Positions 37,913 through 48,055 of a stretch of DNA of 63,631 nucleotides are shown here, piece after piece. Position 1 is the stretch's first letter; every line of letters begins with the position of its first letter. The stretch is taken from positions 1 through 63,631 of the forward strand of contig VGBI01000004.1 of NCBI GenBank assembly GCA_016870595.1. The letters are read 5' to 3'. Origin of the DNA: Actinomycetota bacterium (GTDB taxonomy: Bacteria; Actinomycetota; Acidimicrobiia; IMCC26256; PALSA-555). Made by a program: the position numbers and the translations under genes. Below the pieces are notes generated by a model. That model saw nothing but the letters and a program-made list of their open reading frames with translations. It did not search any database and was not told where the DNA came from.

Positions 37913-37991
37913 TCTGCGCCCGGTCGGGGTCGCCTGCCCCGGCCCGGGGATGGTCGGCACCCGACCCCGAGCGCGCGACCCGAGGAGCCCG

Positions 37992-39964
<1,973 letters not shown>

Positions 39965-39968
<4 letters not shown>

Positions 39969-40453
39969 CCGGGACCCCCGAAAACTGGAACTGGCGCGCC
40001 GGACCGGTCGCTCCCGGCCGGGCCGCGGTCGTCGACATCGACGGGGTCCTCTCCGACGCCGCGAGCCGCCAGCACTACCTCGAGGCCCCGCGCCGCGACT
40101 GGCAGGGGTTCTTCGACGCGTGCACCGACGACCCGGTGATCGAGGAGATGCGGGTCCTGCTCGACCTGCTCGGGCCCGACCTCCACGTCGTCCTGCTCAC
40201 GGCCCGTCCCGAGCGGCTCCACCCGATCACCGAGGGGTGGCTGCGGCGGTACTCGATCCGGTGGGACCTCCTGATCATGCGGGGCGAGGACGCCACCGGG
40301 TCGACGAGCGAGTTCAAGCAGGGGACCGTCGACGAGCTGCGCCGCTACGGCTTCGAGCTGCTCCTCGCGTTCGAGGACGACCGGCGCAACGTCGAGATGT
40401 TCCGCTCGGTCGGTGTCCCGTGCGTCTACTTCCACTCCGGCTACTACGACTGA
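39965..40453 (+). CDS. HAD-superfamily phosphatase-like protein
   Basis: 162 aa. The motif I-like [10 protein letters not shown] (DxDG) and a later LLTARPE are consistent with the HAD fold. The ATGA overlap with the acs stop suggests co-translation. Confidence 0.6.
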
Positions 40454-40472
40454 CCCGGCGCAGCGTGCAGCC

Positions 40473-41300
40473 ATGACGACGGCGACCCTGCTCGCCCTGG
40501 GCGCGGCGTTCCTCCACGCCGCGTGGAACCTCCTGATCAAGACCAACGACGACCAGTTCCTCGCCGCCTGGGGCCAGTTCCTCTTGGGGGGCCTGCTCTT
40601 CATCCCCGTGCTGCTCGTGGTCGGTCCGCCCGGCCTCGACGTCGTGCCGCTCCTCGTCTGCTCCAGTGTGGTGAACGTGGTCTACGTCGGTGCGCTGGTG
40701 CAGGCGTACCGCACCGGCGACTTCTCGCTCACCTATCCCCTGGCGCGCGGCGGCGGCGCGCTCGTCGCTGCGCTCGGGGGCGTCTGGTTCCTGTCCGACG
40801 ACCTCGGTCCGGGGACCTGGGTGGCGATCTTCGTGGTCGTCGCCGGCCTCGCGTCGCTGGTCCGTCCGGGCACCGCCACGGCCGTGCTCGGGTGGTCGGC
40901 GCTCACGGCGGCGGCGATCGGCACCTACACCACCATCGACGTCGCCGGGGCCCGCCGCTCGTCGGGGTTGGGGTACGGCATCTCGATCATGATCGGCGCC
41001 GCCCTCGCCGTGTCGCTCGCCGGCGTCGCGGTGGGCCGGGCGCCGGCGTTCGTCCGCTCGCTCCGGGGCTCCTGGCGCCGGTACGCCGTCGGCGGGGTGT
41101 GCACCACGCTCGCCTACTCGATGGTGCTGGAGGCCGGGCGGCTCGCCCCGGTCGGGTACGTGGCGGCGCTGCGCGCGTTCTCGGTCGTGATCGGGGCCCT
41201 GGGTGGGTGGCTCCTGCTCCACGAGCACCTCGGGCGCCACCGGGTCTACGCGTCCGGAGTCGTGGCGGTGGGTCTGGCCCTGCTCGTCGTCCTGCGCTGA
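40473..41300 (+). CDS. EamA/DMT-family transporter
   Basis: 275 aa with about 9-10 TM segments. The N-terminal LLALGAAFLHAAWNLLIK and the repeated EamA-like halves support the call. Trimmed to the ATG at 40473. Confidence 0.7.
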   Translation: MTTATLLALGAAFLHAAWNLLIKTNDDQFLAAWGQFLLGGLLFIPVLLVVGPPGLDVVPLLVCSSVVNVVYVGALVQAYRTGDFSLTYPLARGGGALVAALGGVWFLSDDLGPGTWVAIFVVVAGLASLVRPGTATAVLGWSALTAAAIGTYTTIDVAGARRSSGLGYGISIMIGAALAVSLAGVAVGRAPAFVRSLRGSWRRYAVGGVCTTLAYSMVLEAGRLAPVGYVAALRAFSVVIGALGGWLLLHEHLGRHRVYASGVVAVGLALLVVLR

Positions 41301-41321
41301 ACGGGGTCGGCCGGGCGGGGG

Positions 41322-41810
41322 TCAGTCGCGGAAGTTCGTGAACTGCAGGGGGATGCCGAAGTCGTGCTCCTTCAGCGACTGGATCGCCGCCTGCAGGTCG
41401 TCCCGCTTCTTCCCGGTGACGCGCAGCTGGTCGCCCTGGATCTGGTGGGTCACACCCTTGGGTCCCTGCTCCTTGAGGAACTTGCCGATCTCCTTGCCCT
41501 TGTCGGTGGAGATCCCCACGTTGAGGGTCACGACCTGGCGGACGGTGCCCCGGGACGCCTCCTCCGCCTTGCCGTAGGACAGGGCCTTGAGCGACACGCC
41601 CCGCTTGACGAGCTTCTCCTCGAGCACCTGGACCAGCGCCTGGAGCCGACCCTCGCTCTCGGTGTGGAGCTCGATCGTCTTCTCCTTCAGCTCGACCGTG
41701 CTGTCGGTGCCCTTGAAGTCGAACCGGGTGGAGACCTCACGGGCGGCCTGGTCCACCGCGTTGCGGACCTCCTGCTGATCGATCTCGGACACCACGTCGA
41801 AGGACGGCAT
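41322..41810 (-). CDS. yajQ: YajQ-family (UPF0234) nucleotide / cyclic-di-GMP-binding protein
   Basis: 162 aa. MPSFDVVSEIDQQEVRNAVDQAAREVSTRFDFKG and the C-terminal LQFTNFRD are near-canonical YajQ. The long ORF-track extension was rejected. Confidence 0.92.
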   Translation of the reverse strand: MPSFDVVSEIDQQEVRNAVDQAAREVSTRFDFKGTDSTVELKEKTIELHTESEGRLQALVQVLEEKLVKRGVSLKALSYGKAEEASRGTVRQVVTLNVGISTDKGKEIGKFLKEQGPKGVTHQIQGDQLRVTGKKRDDLQAAIQSLKEHDFGIPLQFTNFRD

Positions 41811-41867
41811 CGTCGTCGCTCCCCCCAGGATCTCGGGACACCGGGGTGCTACTTTACGTGGCCCCCC

Positions 41868-41948
41868 GGGTCGGTACCCGAGTGGCCAAAGGGGGCAGTC
41901 TGTAAAACTGCTGCGCAAGCTACGCTGGTTCGAATCCAGCCCGGCCCA
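41868..41948 (+). tRNA. tRNA-Tyr (GTA), class II with long variable arm
   Basis: Folded by hand. Acceptor gggtcgg/ccggccc, anticodon loop cuGUAaa, long variable arm, T-arm gctgg-ttcgaat-ccagc. Collinear with E. coli tRNA-Tyr. CCA is not encoded. Confidence 0.88.
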
Positions 41949-42026
41949 CTCCCACCAACGTCCGCCGGCGTCCCGATCCGGGGCGTGCCTCGGTCGGCGC
42001 CGCCCCGAGACCCACGCCCCGCCCGG

Positions 42027-42695
42027 ATGGGGGATACTGAGAGCCGTCCAGGGAGGCTCGGGGTGCGGCGACGGATCGTGGGGATCGCGGCGGTGCTGGT
42101 GGCCCTGACGGCCGTCGCGGGGTGCACCGACTCCGGCTTCAACTACGTCAAGAGCTCCGAGGACCGGGCCTACTTCAAGGTCCCCGACCGCTGGACGTTG
42201 TTCGACGAGAAGGAGATGCTCACCGCGCTCGGTGGCGAGCTCACCGCGGCCGAGCGGCGGACCGAGCTCACCGACACCTGGCGGGTCGCCTTCGACGCCA
42301 GCCCCCGGCCCTCGCTCCGCCACCTCGGTGCACCCGACGCCGAGCACCCGGTCGGGCTCGCGGTCGTGCGGACGCTCGACTTCGACGCCTCCGACAAGGT
42401 CTCGCTGTCGACCTTGCGGAACTACTTCTTCGACGTCGACCAGGCCCTCGAGGCGGGCACCGCCGACGTGCTCGAGTACGAGGAGATCCAGCGTGAGGGT
42501 GGCTTCCGGGGCAGCCACATGGCCGCCACCATCGAGGTCGACGGCACGCGGATGACCATCGACCAGACCATCCTGCTCGACCAGGCCACCCGCAAGCTCT
42601 ACGGGCTGCTCGTCTCCTGCTCCGTCGGGTGCTTCGACGAGAACCGGGGCAAGATCCGGACCGTGGTCGATTCGTGGACCGTGAGGGAGAAGTGA
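42027..42695 (+). CDS. lipoprotein, unknown function
   Basis: Signal peptide plus lipobox: RRRIVGIAAVLVALTAVAGC-TDSG. 222 aa; an alternative GTG start at 42063 is possible. The stop lies 2 nt before the FtsH-like ATG. Confidence 0.7.
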   Translation: MGDTESRPGRLGVRRRIVGIAAVLVALTAVAGCTDSGFNYVKSSEDRAYFKVPDRWTLFDEKEMLTALGGELTAAERRTELTDTWRVAFDASPRPSLRHLGAPDAEHPVGLAVVRTLDFDASDKVSLSTLRNYFFDVDQALEAGTADVLEYEEIQREGGFRGSHMAATIEVDGTRMTIDQTILLDQATRKLYGLLVSCSVGCFDENRGKIRTVVDSWTVREK

Positions 42696-42697
42696 CG

Positions 42698-45124
42698 ATG
42701 GACCCCGCGCTGCCCGTCCCCTCTCGCGAGTACACGAGTCGGCCCCGCGAGAGCGAGCGGCGGACCCGCCGCCCGATGACCTGGTGGGACCGGATGAAGT
42801 TCCTGCTGCTGCTCGGGGGCCTGTTCGGGTTCTTCGTGGCCGCCGAGATGGGCGACAACCCGCTGCTGCCGTTCGGGGAGGCCTTCGACCTGACCCTCCG
42901 GGGCCAGCTGTGGATCGTCGTGCTCTTCGGGATCGAGGTGCTGCGCCAGATCCACTTCGTCGTCAGCGAGCACTCGGCCCGGTACTACCTGTTCTGGCGC
43001 GAGCGCGTCTTCGCCGCCGGGAACCGTCGCCTGAGCGGGATGAGCGCCTACACCCGGTACCGGGTCGCGCGGGCGGTCAAGTGGACGATCGTGGTCATCG
43101 CCGTGCTCGTGGTGGTCGCGCGTCTCTTCGACACCACGGTCTTCCTCGCGCCCTTCGACCTCATCAACTGGATCTCCGAGAACTCGCCGACCTACCTCCA
43201 GGCGATCGCGTACCTGTCGATCTGGGTCGGCTTCCAGGTCTTCCTGTTCGGCTTCCTGCTCACCCGGGGCGGGGTCGAGACCTTCTTCCCCGACGACATC
43301 GAGACCCGCTTCAGCGACGTCTGGGGCCAGGATCAGGTCCTGCGCAAGGTGCAGGAGAACATCGCCTTCCTCGAGGACCCTGAGCGGATCGAGAGCAAGG
43401 GCGGCTACGTCCCGGGCGGCCTGCTGCTGTGGGGTCCGCCGGGGACCGGCAAGACCCTGATGGCGGAGTCCATCGCCGGCGAGACGGGCAAGCCGTTCGT
43501 CAACATCGACGCCAGCATGCTCAACGTCGGCATCGGCATCCTGAAGGTCAAGTTCCTGTTCCGGCGGCTCCGGCGCTACGCGCTCCGCTACGGCGGGGTC
43601 GTTGCGTTCTTCGACGAGGCCGACGCCATCGGCAACCGGGGCCTGCTCGCGGGCATGCCCGGCGCGGGTGGCGGCTTCCGGTCGACGCCCGGGCCCTTCG
43701 GGGCGGCCCGGTCGTGCTGCGGGATGTCGTACGTCTCCGACGCGAGCCGGTCCGCGCTCCTCCACGGTGCGGGCTCGGGCGACGGCGTCGAGGACGTGGT
43801 CGAGGGCCGGCGCCGCAACCGGTTCTTCATGATGGGCGGTGGGGGCGGCGGGGGCGGCGGCGGGCTGCTCCAGGTGCTCCTCGCCGAGATGTCGGGGCTG
43901 AAGAAGCCCCGCGGCGTCGTCAACCGGTACGTCCGCCGGGCGTTCGGGATGAAGCCGAAGCCACCGCCCAAGTACCGCATGCTGCTGATCATGGCTACGA
44001 ACCTGCCCGAGGCCCTCGATCCCGCCATGCTGCGGCCGGGACGCATCGACCGCATCTACAAGGTCGGCTACCCGTCCAAGGCGGGGCGCATCCGCACCTA
44101 CACCGGCTACTTCGACAAGGTCCCCAACGACCTGACCGACGAGGACATCGACCGTCTCGCCACCGTCACCCCGTACGCGACCGGCGCGACGATCAAGGAC
44201 CTCGTGAACGAGTCGTTGATCAGCGCCCTGCTCGACGGTCGGGATGCGGTCACCTGGAAGGACGTCGTCAAGGCGAAGCACCTCAAGGACCTGGGGCCAC
44301 CCGAGGACGTCGAGTACATCGAGCGCGAGCGCCACGCCACCGCGCTGCACGAGGCCTGTCACGCCGTCGTCGCCTACCGGGTGCGCCAGCACCTCGTCAT
44401 CGACCTGGCCACGATCGAGAAGGGTGGCAACTACCTCGGCATGGTCAGCTCGATCCCGCCCGACGACATCTTCACCCACTGGCGCTCCGACTTCGAGGCC
44501 GACGTCATGGTGTCGCTGGCGTCGCTCGCGGGGGAGAAGATGTTCTTCGACGGCGACAGCTCCTCCGGGGTCACCGGCGACCTCGAGACCGCGACCCAGC
44601 TGGCGACGCTGATGGAGGGGTACTGGGGCATGGGCTCCACCATCACCTCCCACGCGATCACCGACCGGCTCGGCATCGGCCGCCCGGGGCCGGGTGAGGA
44701 CAAGGAGCAACGGGGCCTCCTCAAGGGCACCCTCGCCGGTCGGATCGAGTCGAAGCTGCGTGACCTGTTCGACCGGACCGAGGCGCTCCTCCGGGAGAAC
44801 CGGGGTGAGATCCTGGCCGTCACCCACGCCCTGGAGACCCACAAGACCCTCACCGGCGCCGACATCGAGGCCGTGATCGAGGGCACCGAGGGTCTGCTGG
44901 TCGACGGACGGGCCTACCGGACCCCCGAGTTCCGGGCCGTGGCCGAGGAGTACCACTCCGAGGTGGTCCGGGCCCACGCCACCCACTCGGCCGTGGCCGT
45001 GGCGCTGCCGGGCCTGCCGCCGGTGCCCGGCCTCGACGCGGTGCCGTTGGTGGCGGGCGGGGCCGACGACCATCCGGGGGTGCCCCCGGTGGCGGACGAC
45101 CCGGATCCCGAGCCCGGGGTCTAG
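42698..45124 (+). CDS. atypical FtsH-like membrane AAA+ ATPase / M41 zinc metalloprotease
   Basis: 808 aa. Four N-terminal TM helices, Walker A GPPGTGKT, Walker B VAFFDEADAIG, SRH ATNLPEALDPAMLRPGRIDR, zinc site HEACHAV (HExxH) and SSGVTGDLETAT (compare FtsH GASNDIE-AT). Confidence 0.85.
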   Translation: MDPALPVPSREYTSRPRESERRTRRPMTWWDRMKFLLLLGGLFGFFVAAEMGDNPLLPFGEAFDLTLRGQLWIVVLFGIEVLRQIHFVVSEHSARYYLFWRERVFAAGNRRLSGMSAYTRYRVARAVKWTIVVIAVLVVVARLFDTTVFLAPFDLINWISENSPTYLQAIAYLSIWVGFQVFLFGFLLTRGGVETFFPDDIETRFSDVWGQDQVLRKVQENIAFLEDPERIESKGGYVPGGLLLWGPPGTGKTLMAESIAGETGKPFVNIDASMLNVGIGILKVKFLFRRLRRYALRYGGVVAFFDEADAIGNRGLLAGMPGAGGGFRSTPGPFGAARSCCGMSYVSDASRSALLHGAGSGDGVEDVVEGRRRNRFFMMGGGGGGGGGGLLQVLLAEMSGLKKPRGVVNRYVRRAFGMKPKPPPKYRMLLIMATNLPEALDPAMLRPGRIDRIYKVGYPSKAGRIRTYTGYFDKVPNDLTDEDIDRLATVTPYATGATIKDLVNESLISALLDGRDAVTWKDVVKAKHLKDLGPPEDVEYIERERHATALHEACHAVVAYRVRQHLVIDLATIEKGGNYLGMVSSIPPDDIFTHWRSDFEADVMVSLASLAGEKMFFDGDSSSGVTGDLETATQLATLMEGYWGMGSTITSHAITDRLGIGRPGPGEDKEQRGLLKGTLAGRIESKLRDLFDRTEALLRENRGEILAVTHALETHKTLTGADIEAVIEGTEGLLVDGRAYRTPEFRAVAEEYHSEVVRAHATHSAVAVALPGLPPVPGLDAVPLVAGGADDHPGVPPVADDPDPEPGV

Positions 45125-45618
45125 AGCAACCGCTGCATCACGACGACGTCGAGCCAGCGGCCGAACTTCCGCCCGACCTCCCGCTCCAGCCCGGCCGGCT
45201 CGAAGCCGCAGCGGGCGTGGAGGGCGATCGACGCCTCGTGGCCGCCCACGATCCGGGCGAACACCGCGTGGAACCCGTGGGCCTCGGCCCGGCGGAGCAG
45301 GTCGTCGAGGATCAGCCGGCCCACCCCCCGGGCCCGCCAGCCCTCGTCCACGTAGACCGAGTCCTCGACCGAGGTGGCGTAGGCGGGTCGGCTCGGGCGC
45401 CACGGGGAGAGGGCCCCGAAGCCGACCACCGTCCCGTCGTCGTCCACCGCTACCACGGCCGGGTGGCCCCCGGCGTGGTCGTCGAGCCACGCCACCTGCT
45501 CCTCGAGGGTCCGGGGGACCAGGTCGAAGGTGACGGTCGAGCCGAGGACCTCCCGGTTGTAGATGGTCCGGATGGCCTCGGCGTCGCGCCGCTCGGCGGG
45601 TCGGACGGTCAACGGCAC
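45121..45618 (-). CDS. GNAT-family N-acetyltransferase (phosphinothricin acetyltransferase-like)
   Basis: 165 aa from the GTG at 45618. VRPAERRDAEAIRTIYN and the acetyl-CoA site WRARGVGRLILDDLLRRAEAHGFHAV resemble PAT/YwnH-like proteins. Confidence 0.82.
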   Translation of the reverse strand: MPLTVRPAERRDAEAIRTIYNREVLGSTVTFDLVPRTLEEQVAWLDDHAGGHPAVVAVDDDGTVVGFGALSPWRPSRPAYATSVEDSVYVDEGWRARGVGRLILDDLLRRAEAHGFHAVFARIVGGHEASIALHARCGFEPAGLEREVGRKFGRWLDVVVMQRLL

Positions 45619-45759
45619 GAGGGCACGGTAGCCCCGGCGACGCCGACGCCCGGTCCGCCCCGGCCGGGCGGGACGGGGACCTTCCCGGCGGTGGGGATCC
45701 GGACCGGCCCCGACCGGCTTCGGGGGGTCCGCGCGGCGACGGCTATCCTTTCCGGCCTT

Positions 45760-45831
45760 GCCCTTGTAGCTCAGTGGCAGAGCACTTCCATGGTAAGGAA
45801 GGGGTCGTGGGTTCAATCCCCACCGAGGGCT
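45760..45831 (+). tRNA. tRNA-Thr (GGT)
   Basis: Acceptor gcccttg/cgagggc, D-arm gctc-agtggca-gagc, anticodon stem cttcc/ggaag with loop auGGUaa, T-arm gtggg-ttcaatc-cccac. Confidence 0.9.
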
Positions 45832-45866
45832 CGCTCCGGCGACGGCAGGTCCGTCGTCGGTTGCTC

Positions 45867-45940
45867 GGCGGTGTAGCTCAGTTGGTCAGAGCACGCGGCT
45901 CATAATCGCGGCGTCGCGGGTTCGAGTCCCGCCACCGCTA
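45867..45940 (+). tRNA. tRNA-Met (CAT), elongator type
   Basis: Acceptor ggcggtg/caccgct (G1-U72), D-arm gctc-agttggtca-gagc, anticodon loop cuCAUaa, T-arm gcggg-ttcgagt-cccgc. tRNA-Ile2 (lysidine-modified CAT) cannot be excluded by eye. Confidence 0.85.
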
Positions 45941-46030
45941 CACACCAGGCACCAGACACCAGGCACCAGACACCAGGAATCCACCCGAGGGCACCCGACC
46001 CTCCGCACGTCCCGAGGAGACACGTTTCCA

Positions 46031-47218
46031 ATGGCCAAGGCGAAGTTTGAGCGTACGAAGCCGCATTTGAACATTGGGACGATTGGTCATATCGACCATG
46101 GGAAGACGACGTTGACGGCGGCGATCACGCGGGTGTTGTCGGAGCAGAACGAGGGGACGTCGTTCACGGCGTTCGACATGATCGACAAGGCTCCGGAGGA
46201 GCGGCAGCGGGGGATCACGATCTCGATCGCGCATGTGGAGTACGAGACGGAGAATCGTCATTACGCGCATGTGGATTGTCCGGGTCATGCGGATTACATC
46301 AAGAACATGATCACGGGTGCGGCGCAGATGGATGGGGCGATTCTGGTGGTGGCGGCGACGGATGGTCCGATGCCGCAGACGCGTGAGCATGTGTTGTTGG
46401 CGCGTCAGGTGGGTGTGCCGAACATCGTGGTGGCGTTGAACAAGGCCGACATGGTGGATGACGAGGAGATCCTGGAGCTGGTGGAGCTCGAGGTTCGGGA
46501 GTTGTTGAACGAGTACGAGTTCCCGGGTGATGACGTGCCGGTGGTTCGGGTGTCGGCGTTGAAGGCGTTGGAGGGGGATGCGGCGTGGTCGCAGAGCATC
46601 CTGGAGTTGATGGCGGCGGTGGATGATTTCATCGCGGAGCCGGTGCGGGATGTGGACAAGCCGTTCTTGATGCCGATCGAGGATGTGTTCACGATCACGG
46701 GTCGTGGGACGGTGGTGACGGGTCGTGTGGAGCGTGGGATCGTCCATGTGAACGATGAGATCGAGATCGTGGGGATCAAGCCGACGTCGAAGACGGTGTG
46801 TACGGGTGTGGAGATGTTCCGGAAGTTGCTCGACGAGGGTCGGGCGGGGGACAACATCGGTGCGTTGTTGCGGGGGACGAAGAAGGAGGAGGTGGAGCGG
46901 GGTCAGGTGCTCGCGAAGCCTGGGAGCATCACTCCGCACACGAGGTTCGAGGCTCGGGTGTATGTGTTGACGAAGGATGAGGGTGGTCGGCACACGCCGT
47001 TCTTCGGGAATTATCGGCCGCAGTTCTATTTCCGGACGACGGACATCACGGGTTCGATCGAGTTGCCGTCGGGGACGGAGATGGTGATGCCGGGGGACAA
47101 CACGGAGATGGTGGTGGAGTTGATCGCGCCGATCGCGATGGAGGATGGGTTGCGGTTCGCGATCCGTGAGGGTGGTCGGACCGTGGGTGCGGGTCAGGTC
47201 ACCAAGATCCTCAAGTAA
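46031..47218 (+). CDS. tuf: translation elongation factor Tu
   Basis: 395 aa. [41 protein letters not shown] and NKADMVDD are canonical EF-Tu. TAA stop. Confidence 0.98.
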   Translation: MAKAKFERTKPHLNIGTIGHIDHGKTTLTAAITRVLSEQNEGTSFTAFDMIDKAPEERQRGITISIAHVEYETENRHYAHVDCPGHADYIKNMITGAAQMDGAILVVAATDGPMPQTREHVLLARQVGVPNIVVALNKADMVDDEEILELVELEVRELLNEYEFPGDDVPVVRVSALKALEGDAAWSQSILELMAAVDDFIAEPVRDVDKPFLMPIEDVFTITGRGTVVTGRVERGIVHVNDEIEIVGIKPTSKTVCTGVEMFRKLLDEGRAGDNIGALLRGTKKEEVERGQVLAKPGSITPHTRFEARVYVLTKDEGGRHTPFFGNYRPQFYFRTTDITGSIELPSGTEMVMPGDNTEMVVELIAPIAMEDGLRFAIREGGRTVGAGQVTKILK

Positions 47219-47253
47219 CCCACGAGCGCAGTCGATCGAGAGGGGCTCGGACC

Positions 47254-47415
47254 ATGGCGTCGGACAAGCGGGTCAAGGTGACCCTGGCGTGCGAGGAGTG
47301 CAAGCGCCGGAACTACATCACGGTCAAGAACAAGATCAACGACCGTGAGCGCATCGGGATGCAGAAGTACTGCCGGTGGGACCGCCGCCACACCCTCCAC
47401 AAGGAGACCCGGTAG
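47254..47415 (+). CDS. rpmG: 50S ribosomal protein L33
   Basis: 53 aa, below the ORF-track cut-off. [53 protein letters not shown] has CxxC plus the L33 pattern. Confidence 0.9.
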   Translation: MASDKRVKVTLACEECKRRNYITVKNKINDRERIGMQKYCRWDRRHTLHKETR

Positions 47416-47461
47416 GCCCGGGATCCCCGCGTAACCCCCGTCCGTCGGGCAGAGTCTGACC

Positions 47462-48055
47462 GTGGCTCCAGTTTCCGGAGCGTCCGGACCCATCGACCTC
47501 GCCGAGCTCGTTGCGGCCGCCCGTGAGGGCGACCGGGGTGCGTTCGACGAGATCGTGCGCCGGACCTACGTCGACACGTACACGCTGGCGGTGCGGCTCA
47601 CCGCCTCGGAAGAGGACGCCCAGGACGTGGTGCAAGAGGCCTACCTCCGTGCCTGGAAGGGGATCCGCCGGTTCCGCGGCGAGGCCCAGTTCTCCACCTG
47701 GATGTACCGGATCACGTCCAATGCCGCGGCGACCCAGCACGGGAAGCGCCGGCGGCACCGGACCGTCGGCCTCGACGAGGTCGCCGACCCGGTCGAGACC
47801 GAGGTCGCGCTCCACCCGGAGATGGCCACCGAGAACCACGAGCTGCTGGCCCGCCTCGCGGCCGCGCTCGACGAGCTGCCGCCCCGGCTGCGGTCGCTGG
47901 TGGTGCTCAAGGACATCTACGGCCTCTCCCACGAGGCCATCGCCGAGGAGCTCGGGATCTCGGTGACCGCGGCGAAGGTCCGGCTCCACCGGGGCCGGAA
48001 GCGGATGCGGGACCTGCTCTACGAGGAGGCGGAGCGCCATGCCGACGCAGTGTGA
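47462..48055 (+). CDS. ECF-type (sigma-70 family group 4) RNA polymerase sigma factor
   Basis: 197 aa. Region 2 DAQDVVQEAYLRAWKGIRRFRGEAQFSTWMYRITSN and region 4 LVVLKDIYGLSHEAIAEELGISVTAAKVRLHRGRKRM. Confidence 0.9.
   Translation: MAPVSGASGPIDLAELVAAAREGDRGAFDEIVRRTYVDTYTLAVRLTASEEDAQDVVQEAYLRAWKGIRRFRGEAQFSTWMYRITSNAAATQHGKRRRHRTVGLDEVADPVETEVALHPEMATENHELLARLAAALDELPPRLRSLVVLKDIYGLSHEAIAEELGISVTAAKVRLHRGRKRMRDLLYEEAERHADAV

Noticed and set aside
37913-37991. A riboswitch or terminator in the spacer upstream of acs (nested GC stems ggtcggg...cccgacc)
   Set aside because: It contains only generic GC hairpins without a U-tract, and I recognise no known riboswitch consensus. At 79 nt it is too short to argue for more by eye.
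45938-46993. 351-aa His/Arg-rich ORF antisense to tuf
   Set aside because: It is a by-product of the unusual G/T-ending codon usage of tuf, which removes stop codons from the opposite strand. It has a low-complexity H/R/L composition, no recognisable domain, and its 3' end overlaps the last three bases of tRNA-Met.
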